Shown here: positions 39,321-52,800 of the stretch, one piece after another
How the letters are laid out: every line of letters begins with the position of its first letter
How positions within the stretch are numbered: position 1 is the stretch's first letter
NCBI GenBank assembly: GCA_951406725.2
Contig: OX597833.1
Location: 47,740,001-47,804,000, forward strand
Length of the DNA stretch: 64,000 bases
Direction: 5' to 3'
Origin: Octopus vulgaris
Lineage: Eukaryota
Position numbers and translations under genes: made by a program
The notes under the pieces: model-generated
The model's database searches: none
Told to the model about the DNA's origin: nothing
The model's input: only the letters and a program-made list of their open reading frames with translations

Positions 39321-41714
39321 TCTGTATACTGATGGGTTCAGTGGCTTTTCTGCAACTCTTGGCAAAATTAGTTTTATTCAATAATCCCTGATTTTCATTT
39401 ACCCCTTTTTTTCCCCCCGTAACCCTTGTCTTGAGATCATGTGATGACTGTAAAATAAATATGTGTGAACAGATGTTACCTATTTCTTTATTGCCCACAA
39501 GGGGCTAAACATAGAGGGGACAAACAAGTACAGACAAAGGGATTAAGTCGATTACATCGACCCCAGTGTGTAACTGGTACTTAATTTATCGACCCCGAAA
39601 GAATGAAAGGCAAAGTCGACCTCGGCGGAATTTGAACTCGAGGTCGACATTGTGTGAACAGATGTTACCTTGCTTAGAAACAGGTGAGGGCTGGCGACAG
39701 GAAGGGCATACAGTTGTAGAAAACCTACCTCAACAGATTCCATCTGACCCATGCAAGCATGGAAACATGGATGTTAAATGATGATGATGATATTGGAGAT
39801 GACGTCATTTTATAGAAACCTTTGTCATGCTTTAAGGAAATCATAATTCCTTAAGACATATACAGTGAATGATTGCAACATACTTTCGTAAAAATTCTTT
39901 GATTTCACACAAACCTTCCTCTTAATTACATTTGTAAGAAAACCAAAAGTCTTTAACAATGTCAGTAAGAAAGGAAAGAAGGAAAACAACAAAGAAAAAT
40001 GTTCATTTATTATGGATGTAACTTTTTGTCAATTATGGTGATAATTTTATAGGAAGATACAATAAAGCATTATTGGTAATAGGGTATAAAGCAAAGCTCA
40101 CACAAACTAGTTAGTGTAGTCTGAGGTCTTTCACGTTTCTTCTTTTATATTAAAAACTATTCCAATCTGTATGTTCTTCATATCAATGCCAGATGCCCTA
40201 TTTCTACAGAACAGCCTTCTTTTTCCCAACATAGAAAATTTATTTCTGACAGAGTTTGAACAAGCTTTATCCACTAGGCCAACCTCATATGACTGAAGAC
40301 CCTCTAGAGAAATATACATACACAATTAATGAACTTCATGATTAAAAAAATTAAATAGCGTGACATAATGTAGTGAAACAATGAAGGGACAAAGATGATT
40401 GGATGCAAATGAATGACTCATGTTCCAAATTATATACCCATGAACTTCAATTAACTTCTGACATATGCCAGTGGTATTAGAAGATCAGAACATAAAACTC
40501 TGTACTAAATAAAATGCCTTTAGATTTGTTCATTTACGTGGTTTTAAATCTCACCAGGATCAAACTTTGTTTACCAACCTTCTGCGAAATGATTAAATGC
40601 ACTTTAATACCTCTTCCTCACAATCTCGTGGGATTGCATCAGTGTAACAAATGACTGACACATAGTTTTAAGAGTTCCACCGAGCAAGAAAAATAAGCAA
40701 ATTTGTTATTCAAACTCCAAAAGGACACACATTTTCTCTGCACATAAAACATAAAGAGTGTTGTTTGGACTATTTTGGCTCTATCATGGCATGATTGTCA
40801 CGCCTGCTAATTTTAAAAAATGCCTTTCTTTAACAAAATATAAAATTTTTGTTATTCTACGAGACAGGAAGCTTCAGAGTAATGTGATGACCCTCAGAAC
40901 CAATAGTTCTCAACTGGGGTCCATATTTTTTTTAGGGAGGGTCCACAATAGTCTTTTGATGGCTCCTGAAAAATTTTGCTTTAAATGTATGTATTGCAAG
41001 AAACAGCTAGGTTTCTTTCTCTAATGTTTTACATAGTTCAACCTACAGAAATTACTGGGAATTTTGAAGAAAAGTTTCAATAAAACTAGTTTTTATACAT
41101 TGAATGGCTATGGGGATCCACCAAATTAAAATAATAATCAAAAGGGTTCATAGATAAAAAAAATGAGTGAAAAACCCCTGATCATGAGTATAAAGCTTTA
41201 TCACTATATTCTGTAGATTGTATAATTTATCTCACAAACTGCTTGACTAACAAGTTCTAGTACTGTTTTATAGCTGAAAATTGTAGCAATAAGAAAAGGA
41301 CATTCAGATGCAAATATGATTAATTGCTCTAATACTATGAAAATATCAGAAACTGTAAACAAAAGAAAATAAACCATTCCACCCATTTATTGAAAAGTGG
41401 ATGCAAAATAATCATAATCATAAAAAATTAGGTATTTAGTTGCCTTCCTTTAAAGATACTAAACATGCCCAACCTAAATCTTAATGCAGAGCTTTGCAGC
41501 ATATCTTAACCATATAGTCATTGCATCTTACAATCAACTGCATGTGCAAGCAGTAGCTTAGCCTGGAAATCAATGAAATGCACTGGTAACAAAGGAATGT
41601 GGTGAATCTAAGGTACAATAGGTAAGGAATTTCAGGTAATGTACATGGAAGGGAGGCAACTGTGTTTACGCCAAGCTCAACTGAGAATAGGTAATGACAG
41701 ACAAGATTAAAATT

Positions 41715-42493
41715 GCACTTTCGTTTTTATTGTACTTTTAATAAAGATTTAATCTTATATATATATTAATATATATATTAATATATATATATATATATTA
41801 ATATACATATATATATTAACATATATATTTATTCTCTTCTTTTTTTTTTTTAATATAGCCATGTTTACATTCTTCCTTAAGTTTGCTTCATTATTCCACG
41901 AAACGTAGGGAATTAATGGTTTTGTCAGGACATGTGGTATAGTACAAAGTGAGGCTAAGATAGGAGAGAAACATCAGTCACTGAAAGGAATGTTTAATAG
42001 GAATGTCAAGTGCTTTTTTTTTTACTAACGAAACAAAAGTGAGCAATGAAGAGTAGACAAATATTTACAAAATCATACACTATATGAGATCAATGCCCCC
42101 TCAACCAATAGAGCGAGTTAATGGCAAAGAAAGAAAGAGAGAGAGAGATAAGGGGGAGAGAGAGAGAGAAGGGGGGGGTTAACTGTTAACATTCTTCACA
42201 AAAATGAAAATTAAAATGTAAAAAAGAAATTAAAAAAAAAAAAAAACACATTTTGCCAGCAAATGATTATTACTAGGGTGGAGATGGAGGAGGCAATATA
42301 GCAGTCAGGTTTTTTTTCAAGAGAGGCACCAACTGCCTAACTCCAAGTTTTAAAAATAAAAAAATAAACTTTAACAGCTATCATGATTAATCACCTCATT
42401 CCATAAGTGCTTTATCAGTGATGGATATAAAACGGTGTTTCTCAGAATTACCAAAATCAACATCTATAGAACAAGATAAATTACAACATATGA

Positions 42494-42526
<33 letters not shown>

Positions 42527-43738
42527 GTATATGTATGTATGTATGTATATACGTATATTTATATATATTCATTTTAGGCACTATGGCAAATCTGTGACAT
42601 AAAAACTAAGATCAGAGACTAAACATAATGAGTGTGCATGTTTCTTCATTAATGTGTAGGCGTGTGTTTATATATGTGTGTGTGCATGTGTGTGTGTGTG
42701 TGTGCAATTGTAATTGTTTGATATTTTATTATACAAGTACAAAATATGTAGATCCCTATCTTTGATGAATAAAAAATATGTTTTCTTCTATGTGGGGGGG
42801 TTGTGTGTGAAACGTTTTAAATAGATTTTACACATTAGTCAAAAAACGTAATTTTTTTTTTCTTCTTCTTCTTTATAAGAATAACAGGTAAGAATGAGTG
42901 AAGGTAGGATCGAAATTGTGAGAACTGGGAGGGGGCTTCTATATAGCTTAAAAAGAAAAACTGTGCTGGTAATACGAATGTCTGATGTGAAGATCAACAA
43001 AGTGGTTTTTTTTTTCTCTAATTACAGCAACATGATCTTCGTAAATTGGAGGTGAAAAGATAAGACCAAAGTTAAGTATTACAATATAATTTATCAGAAA
43101 ATAGAACAAAGAAACAAAGACAATATTACCAACATGAAAGGAGACTTTTTTTTTTTTTTTTTGGTTAAATCTTTCTCAAAAAGACTTATATTTCTAAAGA
43201 ATAATTCTACAATTTTTCTTCATTGTAATAATCAAGTTTTATAGTTATGAACATTTATTCAAATCTCGCACACATATGTACATTATATACACGCAACGTA
43301 TGTACATACTTACACACACACATATACTCGAAGGAAAAAAAAAAAAAAATGAGTCCCTGGTGAAATCTGATAATAAATAACGTCAGTAAGTAAGAACCGT
43401 TTTTGTTATTGGTATTTTTTGTTTTTGTAGTTTTCGCCATAACTGAAGAAAAATTGTAGAAATTGCCAAAAGAAAACTGGTCTGTTTGACAGAATCAGTT
43501 TTTCAAAAGATTCTATTTATAGTAGATTATTTACTTTGAAGAGTGACAAAGCTTTGGTCCATAGAGATTTCCCATCAGGCCAAAACTGGGAGGCCAAAAA
43601 ATGTGTTTCTTGAAATTTCTCCTTTCTCACCTATCAGCATTGAGTTCAAGAGAGAAAAAAAAAATAATGTAAGCAGAATTGGTGATGGCAGTGGGTGACA
43701 GGTATAAGCTAGCTCATCTAGTTGAACAGCAACACATT
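41715..43738 (-). other. Probable trx 3' UTR (at least ~2 kb) with candidate AATAAA at 41726-41731
   Basis: SINE-free, A/U-rich stretch directly after the stop codon; minus-strand AATAAA followed by U/GU-rich sequence. Other AATAAA hexamers exist, so the end is uncertain. Confidence 0.45.
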
Positions 43739-43844
43739 TCAGTTTAAGTATTTCCTACAACGCCTAGAGCCACAGGTGCAGGCAATTTTGATATCTTCTA
43801 TGGGGAATTTGTAGTCGTAAGTTAACTCTTCGCCTCGCTTGATG
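43739..43844 (-). CDS. trx: trx last coding exon (SET end, post-SET, stop)
   Basis: [34 protein letters not shown] followed by TGA. Confidence 0.97.
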
Positions 43845-46800
43845 CTGGAAAAAAAAAAAGCAGAAGTTGTATAACACAATTTAATCCTTTGGTGTTCAGA
43901 TTATTCAATCAAACAATGCCTATTGATTCCCATTAATTTGAATTAATCATGCATTATCTCGTATCTTCAAGATCTTGATGGTGTAATTACTTAATGTAGA
44001 ATAACATTGTAGGGTAGGTGTGAGAACCCGGATCTGGTTAGTTTGAACATAAAACAGATTAACTATTTTGGCCGGATATGGCCAGTTTAAATACTAAAGG
44101 GTTAAATAACACAATTTAAATAATTGTATCCTAAATCTTAACAGAAATTTCAATTCAGCTAAATATTGTTATTCTGGCAAAACTAGATTACAAAGTTATC
44201 TAAAATGTCTGCCAAATGTAAAGTTTATTTATTCACATTGTTTTGAATTAATCATGCTTTGTTTTATAGCTTTGAGCTTTTGATAATGAGCTTAGTTATT
44301 TTTTTTAGAAAGACATTGTAAGGTAGGTGTGAAAAGTCAGATCTGGTTGGTTTAAACATAAAACAAGCAGAAAATTTGGGCTGGATATAACCAGTTTAAC
44401 CTTTCGATACCAATCCGGCTGAAACCGGCTCTGGCTCTGAGTACAAATGTCTTGTTTTCAAAAGTTTTGAATTAAAATCTTCCACCAAACCTTAGTCACA
44501 ATTTCTGTTCCTAACACTAGCTGAATGATAACTAAGTTATTTTACTAAATTCTTTGTTATATTTAAAATTAATCAAAAGAAACTCTGAGCATCTCAAAAT
44601 AAATACAGTAACGAAAGGGTTAAATTTCTAAGGTTAAATGAGAAACTGAATGAGCAAATTTAAATGCATGTATGTAATACAATATTTACTCCATGAAAAA
44701 TTCAATAATGTATTTTTTTATTCCCTAGATCACTTTTAATAGCAGAAAGAATAATAAACATAACAGTACTTACGGTCTCATTGCAAAAATTACAATATGC
44801 TTTTTGCCATCAACTTGAATCACTTTAGAATAACAGTTTGGCTGAAACAAAAAATAATGATTTTGTTTTATATTTCTGTAATTCTTAAGGCATAAGATGA
44901 TTATAGTCTGAGCTGCATTTTTTTATTCTGTGTTTTACATAACACAAGTTGGAACAGAAAAAAGATTCATCACATTAAAAAAAAAAGGCAAGGTTTCTAA
45001 TATACATTCAAAGATGGTTTTAACAATTTACTATTCAGCTCAAAACCGTTTTCATATACAGAATCATGCAAAATCATAACACTTCTTGGTAACTGACTGA
45101 CTGTGACCAAATCTGTGATCTAAATAGTTCTAAGACAAATATGCTCTGCTTTTTAAGACTTAGAATTATCAATATACTGGTCAATACTAAGCAAACTTGC
45201 ACTAAATATAAACAAAACACTGATATTCTGAAATGCTTAAATATTTCTTTCTCAATAAATATAGGTTCAGTACAGCTGCTTGGTTAAGAAATTCACTTTG
45301 CAACCATGCTCTCAAGTACTACACAGTATCTGAAGTAAGTTTCTTCAAATAGCCTTGGGACAACCATTGCCTTCTCAGTGAATCTGGTAGACAGAAACTG
45401 GACAATACTTGTTGTGTAAGTATGTGCCTGTACACACATTTTTGTATCCATGTAAATGCTAACATTCTGCACTGAGTAGAACTACAGTAAATAAAGCATG
45501 TTTACATATCCCTATTAACAATCAGCAAATTGCTCAGTAATTCTGTACTTTTGAAGACAAGTGGAAGGAAAGCTCCTCTATTTGAAAAACAGATAAGGAT
45601 TAGCAACAGAGAGGGCATTTTGCTGTAAAAACAACACCTCAACACAAAGTATTCATGTAACCCATGTTTGCACAGAAAAAATGAACATAAAATGATCAAA
45701 CAAAATATATACGTTCATGATGAATGGATCAATACAACTGACAAATGAGTGGTGACAGGTGATAGATGAGTGAAGGTAGATGACTAAGTAGTTAATAAAA
45801 CAAAGAGTAAGATACTGAAAGGAGTTAATTCCAAAATTTGTGTAAGGGATAACATTACAACAAATGAATTCGTATAATGGATAAGTTCATTTCCATGCTT
45901 AATGTATCTTTCAATGTAGCATATTATTCTTTGTACTTTATTCCTCAATGCTACTTTGATTTCATATGAAAACATGACAAGGTAATAAGAACATTCATTG
46001 AATATAAGAAATTTAAATGATAGGAAATGTTTTAAAAACAAACAATATGGCTGTGCGGTTAAGACGCTTGCTTTGCAACCATGTGGTTTTGGGTTCAATC
46101 CCACTGCACAGCACCTTGGGCAAATCTATTATAGCCTTGGTCTGATCAATGCCTTGCCTCCCTCCCCATCTCCACTTGACAACCAGCACTGGTTTATTTA
46201 TGTCTTCAGAATTTAGCAAAAGGGACTAATGGAATAAGTACCAGACTTACAAATAAGTACTGGGGTTGATTTGTTCAACTAAACCCTTCAAGGGAGTTCT
46301 TCAAGGCGGCAAGCTGGCAGAAACGTTAGCACACCGGGTGAAATGCTTAGCGGTATTTCGTCTGCCGTTACATTTTGAGTTCAAATTCCACTGAGGTCAA
46401 CTTTGCCTTTCATCCTTTCGGGGTTGATTAAATAAGTACCAGTTACGCACTGGGGTTGATATAATCGACTTAATCCGTTTGTCTGTCCTTGTTTGTCCTC
46501 TCTGTGTTTAGCCCTTTGTGGGTAGTAAAGAAATAGGTATTTCGTCTGCCGTTACATTTTGAGTTCAAATTTCGCCAAAGTCGACTTTGCCTTTCATCTT
46601 TTCGGGGTCGATAAATCAAGTACCACTTATGCACTGGGGTCGTCTATCCTTGTTTGTCCCCTCAACGTTTAGCCCCTTGTGGGCAATAAAGAAATAAGGG
46701 AGTCCCCACCACCACCACAATCACCGCTATCAGCATGGCTGCAGTCCAATGAATGAGACTATTAAAAAGAAATTTTGAAAAAAGTAAACCAATAAAAAAC

Positions 46801-49800
46801 TTACATCACATGAATGGTTAATAAAACGGGCAGCGTTACCATGCATTGTTGCATCTACAACTTCTACATCATCAATACGGAACATATAACAACCAATGCC
46901 CTGCAAAAGAATAATCAAATACAAAGATTTTAAGATTTATTTTATAAGCAGGCAGCTTTTTTTTTTTTTTTTTTTGTGAATCACTTTAAAAAGAACAGAA
47001 AAGAAAGCCTGTCAAAAATGAACCCTTTAGTATTCAGATCACACTATCGAATATAAAGGTAAAAGGTAAAGACCCCCTTCAGTCATGAATGACCATGGGA
47101 TTACACCTAGAAAGTTACCCTCCAAGACACAAGTCTGGGTAAGGTTGTTTGTGGAAAACAAATAATTGCCCAGGCATACCAGCCTCCCCTCTGCACACCA
47201 CTGATGTTATCCAAGGGAAAGGCAAAGGCTGATACAGCTTGGCACCAGTAACATTGCAGCATGAAATTAAGTGTCTTCTCAAGAACACAACAAACAGCCC
47301 AGTCCAGGAATTGAACTCAACCTCATGATTGTGAGCCTGATGTTCTAACTACTGAGCCATGTGCCTTCACATATCAAATGTAATACTTATTTATTCACAG
47401 GAGTGGCAGTGTGGTAAGTAGCTTGCTAACCAACCGCATGGTTCCGGGTTCAGTCCCACTGTGTGGCACCTTGGGCAAGTGTCTTCTACTATAGCCTCAA
47501 GCCTTGTAAGTGGATTTGGTATACGGAAACTGGAAGAAGCCCGTCATATATATATATATACATATGTATGTGTGTGTATATGTTTGTCCTCCCAACATTG
47601 TTTGACAACCGATGCTGGTGTGTTTACGTCCCCCGTAACTTAGCAGTTCGGCAAAAGAGACCGATAGAATAAGTACTAGGCTTACAAAGAATAAGTCTTG
47701 GGGTCGATTTACTCGACCAAAGGCGGTGCTCTAGCATGGCCACAGTCAAATGACTGAAACAAGTAAAAGTGTATTGTTTTGAATTTATCATATATTATCG
47801 TGTAGCTTTGACATTCTGATGGTGTGAGAGTTTTATTTTTAGAATGGCATTGCAGGGTAGGTGTGAGAGGTGTGATCCATTTGGACATAAAACGGGTAGG
47901 ATATTTGGGCCTGATACGGCTAGTTTGAATAGTAAAGGGTTAAAACAGATCAAAAGCATTTGGTGGAAGACAACTGTACCTTGCTTTCGTAAAACTTCTC
48001 TCTTTTATCAGTTAATTCTGCTCGAATGACTTCGCCAGCATACTCAATTACCATCTCTCCAGCATCTATATTTCTTTTACAAAACAAACCTCTGCCATGG
48101 ATCATAGATCTGAAAATAAATTGACATAAAAAGTTTTATGTAATTAACACAGTGTCTATTTCATTAGGTGTTTGAAAAGAAAAAGATTTAAACATGAACA
48201 GTAATATTTCAGCATTGTAATAATAGGAATGTTTGTGTATACGCTAATACATTTTAGTGTACCAAACCAAATTAAAAAATACTCTGAATCTATATACTTC
48301 ATCATCATCATCATCATTTAAGATCTGTTTTCCATGCTGGTATGGGTTGGCCAGTTTCTTATTTGTTTACTACCCACAAAGGGCTACACACAGAGGGGAA
48401 AAACAAGGACAGACAAAGGGGATTAAGTCGATTACATCGACCCCAGTGCGTAACTGGGAGAAACAAGGACAGACAAAGGGATTATTAAGTCTATTACATC
48501 GGCCCCAGTGTGTAACAGGTAATTAATTTATCGACCCTGAAAGGATGAATGGCAAAGTCGACCTCGGCGGAATTTGAACTCAGAACCCTAACCCTAACGA
48601 CAGAAGAAATACCACTAAGCATTTCGCCCGGCGTGGTAATGTTTCTGCCAGCTCGCCGCCTTGGGTTGGACAGTTTGATAGGAGCTGACAAGCCAGAGGG
48701 CTGCACCATACTACAGTCATATGTTTTGGCATAGCTTCTATGGCTGGATGCCCTTCATAACACCAACCACTTTACAAGTGTACTGGGAGCATCTTATGTG
48801 AAACCAGCACAGGTGCTTTTTTTTTGTATGTGGCACTAGCCCTGGTGCATTTTACATGGCACCAGTGCAAGTGCCTTCTACAAAGCATCAGCACGAGTGC
48901 TTTTAACATGGTACCTGAAGAGCCTAAAGAACAACGAAAAGACACCTCAAAAATACTCTCAAATCTTATGTAGACAAAATAGATATTATTGAATAAGCAA
49001 CAACAAATATCCAGCAATTACAAAATCAGGTTCTTTTTTTAAATACCGAGATGCAGGTGTGGCTGTGTGGTAAGTTTGCTTCCCAAACACATGGTTCCAG
49101 GTTCAGTCTAACTGGATGACAGCTTGGGCAAGTGTCTTCCTACTATAGTCTCAGGCTGACCAAAGCCTTGTGAGTGGATTTAGTAAACAGTAACTGACAG
49201 AAACCTATCATACGTGTGTGTGTGTGTATGTGTGTATCTGCCTGTGTTAGGCCCCCACCAATGCTTTTTATGTCTCCATAACTTAGCAGCTCAGCAAAAG
49301 AGACCAACAGAATAAGTACAAGGCTTCAGAAAAAAATAAGAACTGGGGTCAATTCATATGACTAAAAATCTACAAGGCAGTGCCCTAGCATGGCCATAGT
49401 CTAATGACTGAAACAAGTAAAAAGATAGCATATTTTATCATGCTTTTTTTTTTTTTTTTAATAGTATATTCATTCATAAAATAGGAGTATCTCAACAATT
49501 TAAGACTGAAATAATAATATATCTTATCCCCTCTAAAATATGTTTTCCAACTTTAAAAACCCGACCACTAACTTTTTTGCTTGAAATCAGAGACTGTACT
49601 GAATTCTAACCACCAGGTACATTGAGACAGCCGTCTCTGTAAATATTACTTATAATAAATAATCTCATGTAAAAGATTAGTCATAATAATTTAAATCAGT
49701 TTATTTCAAAACCCTTTCATTAAACTGTTCAGAAATCCCTGCATCTGATAAGAAACAACAAAAAGGCTTGCTAACTGCAAGGGCTGTAAAACACAACCTC

Positions 49801-52800
49801 AAAAAGTCCAGTCCAACACATGACAGCATGATAAATTCGATATAATGATGATGATATCAATTACTTTCTATCAGATATTCAGATTTCATAAAATCCAAAA
49901 GACAGATTCTTATTATACAAGTTTAGACTTTAACTTACCTATAAACACCAACCGCTTCACGAGCATGTGCTTGAAGATGGCGAAACCTCATAGCCATTGG
50001 AAGGTCCATGCTGGTCGGTCGCCTGGTTTAAGGAAACAAAAAGTTTTTTTTTTTTAATAAATAATGTAAAACAACTTAGGTATTCAAAATTGGAAAGAGA
50101 GCATACAAGATTGATAGTTGGCTTTAATAAAAATTATTTCTGCAAGCGAAATGTTTTATAATCAATATCAAAATATCCTTAGTGGTTGTTTAATGATCTT
50201 ACAATATTTCGGGAAAGATTCCCCTTTCTAAATACAAAATGATTTTCACATAAAAGTAAGCATGTATATATGACTGAGGAAGAGCTGTTGCAATGAATTC
50301 ATAAAAAAAATTTTAAGCTAACCTAGATGATTTCAAAGCCATTTCTTCATCACCAGTAGCATGATTTGACTGAGGACGGTTCCGGTAACGTGACATGAGA
50401 AAACTAAACATGTCATATGGTTTCCTTGTACTGAATGGTTCCGTGCGAATACAACCACTTGATGTTTCAGTAGGTTCCTGAAATAAGCAAATTAATGTTT
50501 AAGATATATATTGCAATATCAAAGCACTGATATAAAACCTTTAAAACTGGTCATATTCCTTAAAATAAGTACATATTATGTATTTCTCATGATTTACTAA
50601 GTTTGCAGTAGACAAATTTATCAACATTAAAAGTTTTAGAAATATTGCTTTATAAATTGTGTTAGAATTTTCTACAATTATCTTTAAACACCATATAAAA
50701 TTGTGTATAATATGGACTCATATATAATGCATACCTATAATTATAAGTAATAAAATCTTGGGGTAGAAAACAAAAATCACTTGTGTGTAATAAACACAGA
50801 TTTTTCTTTAGTATTACAATGTATGGAAAAAAATGTTTAGTGAGATTTATTACAATTCTAACAGATAAGATATGTCAGTGGTTCCCAAACTATGAGTCAC
50901 GACCTAAAGATGGGTCACGAATGGAATCTTAGTGAGTCGCAAAAAGTTATAAAATTACGCATTAGCTTTGATTAACTGCTGTCTATCGAGATAGCTCAGT
51001 AGAGTTAAGTGGGTCGTCATAAACTGGTGTGATAAGTAGTGGGTCGTGACTCTAAAAAGTTTGAGAACCACTGGGATGTGTTCATGTATCCTAAATGAAA
51101 TAAGAGGTAAATTTGAAAGTGACTTTTGAACTTTTACAAATGTAAACTGTAAGTGCATCTGTTGTAAATTCAACATTTGAAAATCACATGAACAGGTTTT
51201 TCTTTTTTAATTTCCTTTTTCCACAAATAAATATGGTGTTTGTTATTACGAAATATTGGAAAACAGACTGAAATAGAATAAAACTGGAAGAAGCATTAAA
51301 AATAAATAAATATCAAATGCATACCTGATCATCTTCATCATATTCTCTTGGAGGAGAATGATAGTTAAATTTGTAATTATAACATTTCTTTGCACCATGC
51401 AGCTGTTCCAAAAGATATACCACAGCTCGATGACTTACACCAAACATTAGGGCACCATCTATATCTAAAATGAGAGAGTTTAGGAAATTTAAGTCCGGCA
51501 TTGATTAGTGTACATCAAATTTGACAATTTTTCATGTTACAATGTTACTATAATGAAATTTAGCTGGTTTTCTAATTGTTAAATATATGAATAATAATTA
51601 AGGATTTATCTTTCATAGAATCAAATTCAGTCTCACTCTATGATGCCTTGCCTAAGTGTCTTCTACTACAGCCTGGACTGACCAATGCCAAGTGAAAGAA
51701 TCTGGTAAACTGTAGCAAGCCTGTTGTATTTTCTGTGTGTGTGTGTGTGTGCACGTGCACCATTGCTTATAAATTCCATGATTGCCCCAACTAGAGTAAA
51801 GCAGCACTGATGTTGATATCTCTTGCTGACATTAAAACGAGTCACTCTGTGCTTTCTGAGACCAACAGAATAAAGATATGCCTTACTTGAAAAGCAGGAA
51901 ATGATTGGCCACAGGAAAAGCACTCAGCCAAAAAAATCATACCTTAAATAATTCCCATCTAAAACTATGCTAGCATGGAAATGTGGACGTTAAACAAACA
52001 AAATTTAAGTATAAAATAAACAAGCGCTACATCAAACAGATATCTGCCCTCCTGTCTCTTACCAGTGATCCCTTGCATCTGAGAACTTGAGAAAGCAATG
52101 TCATTATATTTGCATCACCAAAGAACTTGACCATGACAATGTCCAAACTAAACTATGAGTCTCAAATTATTTCTTCGATAAGATATTAAAACAATTCAGT
52201 TGTAGGACATCTTATGAATAAAACACCTACAATTTCTGTGTATGTGTGTTGTAATTTATAAAGACTTCTTCTGGAGAGCCTACAATCCCAATACAGCTGA
52301 AAATGAATCAAGTGAGATCATTGCCAGAGCAACAAGCTGGCCTTCGCGCCGATGGCACGTTAAGCACACCATTCGAGCGTGATCGTTACCGCGTTGCCTT
52401 ACTAGCACTTGTGCTGGTGGCATGTGAAATATTCAAGCGAGGTCGTCGCCAGTGCCGCTGGACTGGCTCCTGTGCAGGTGGCATATAAAAAGCACCATTT
52501 GGGCGTGGCCGTTGCCAGTACCACCAAACTGGCCCTCGTGCCGGTGGCACGTAAAAGCACCCACTACACTCTCGGAGTGGTTGGCGTTTGGAAGGGCATC
52601 CAGCTGTAGAAACTCTGCCAGATCAGATTGTAGTCTGGTTTGCCAAACCTCAGTCAAATCGTCCAACCCATGCTAGCATGGAAAGCGGACGTTAAATGAT
52701 GATGATGATGAATCAAGGCAGGGCTTTTACTTGCACTAATGTCATCAAATAACAGATAACTGTACCTAAGAAAAAGTAGCTCAAGAGACAAACTTCTCTA

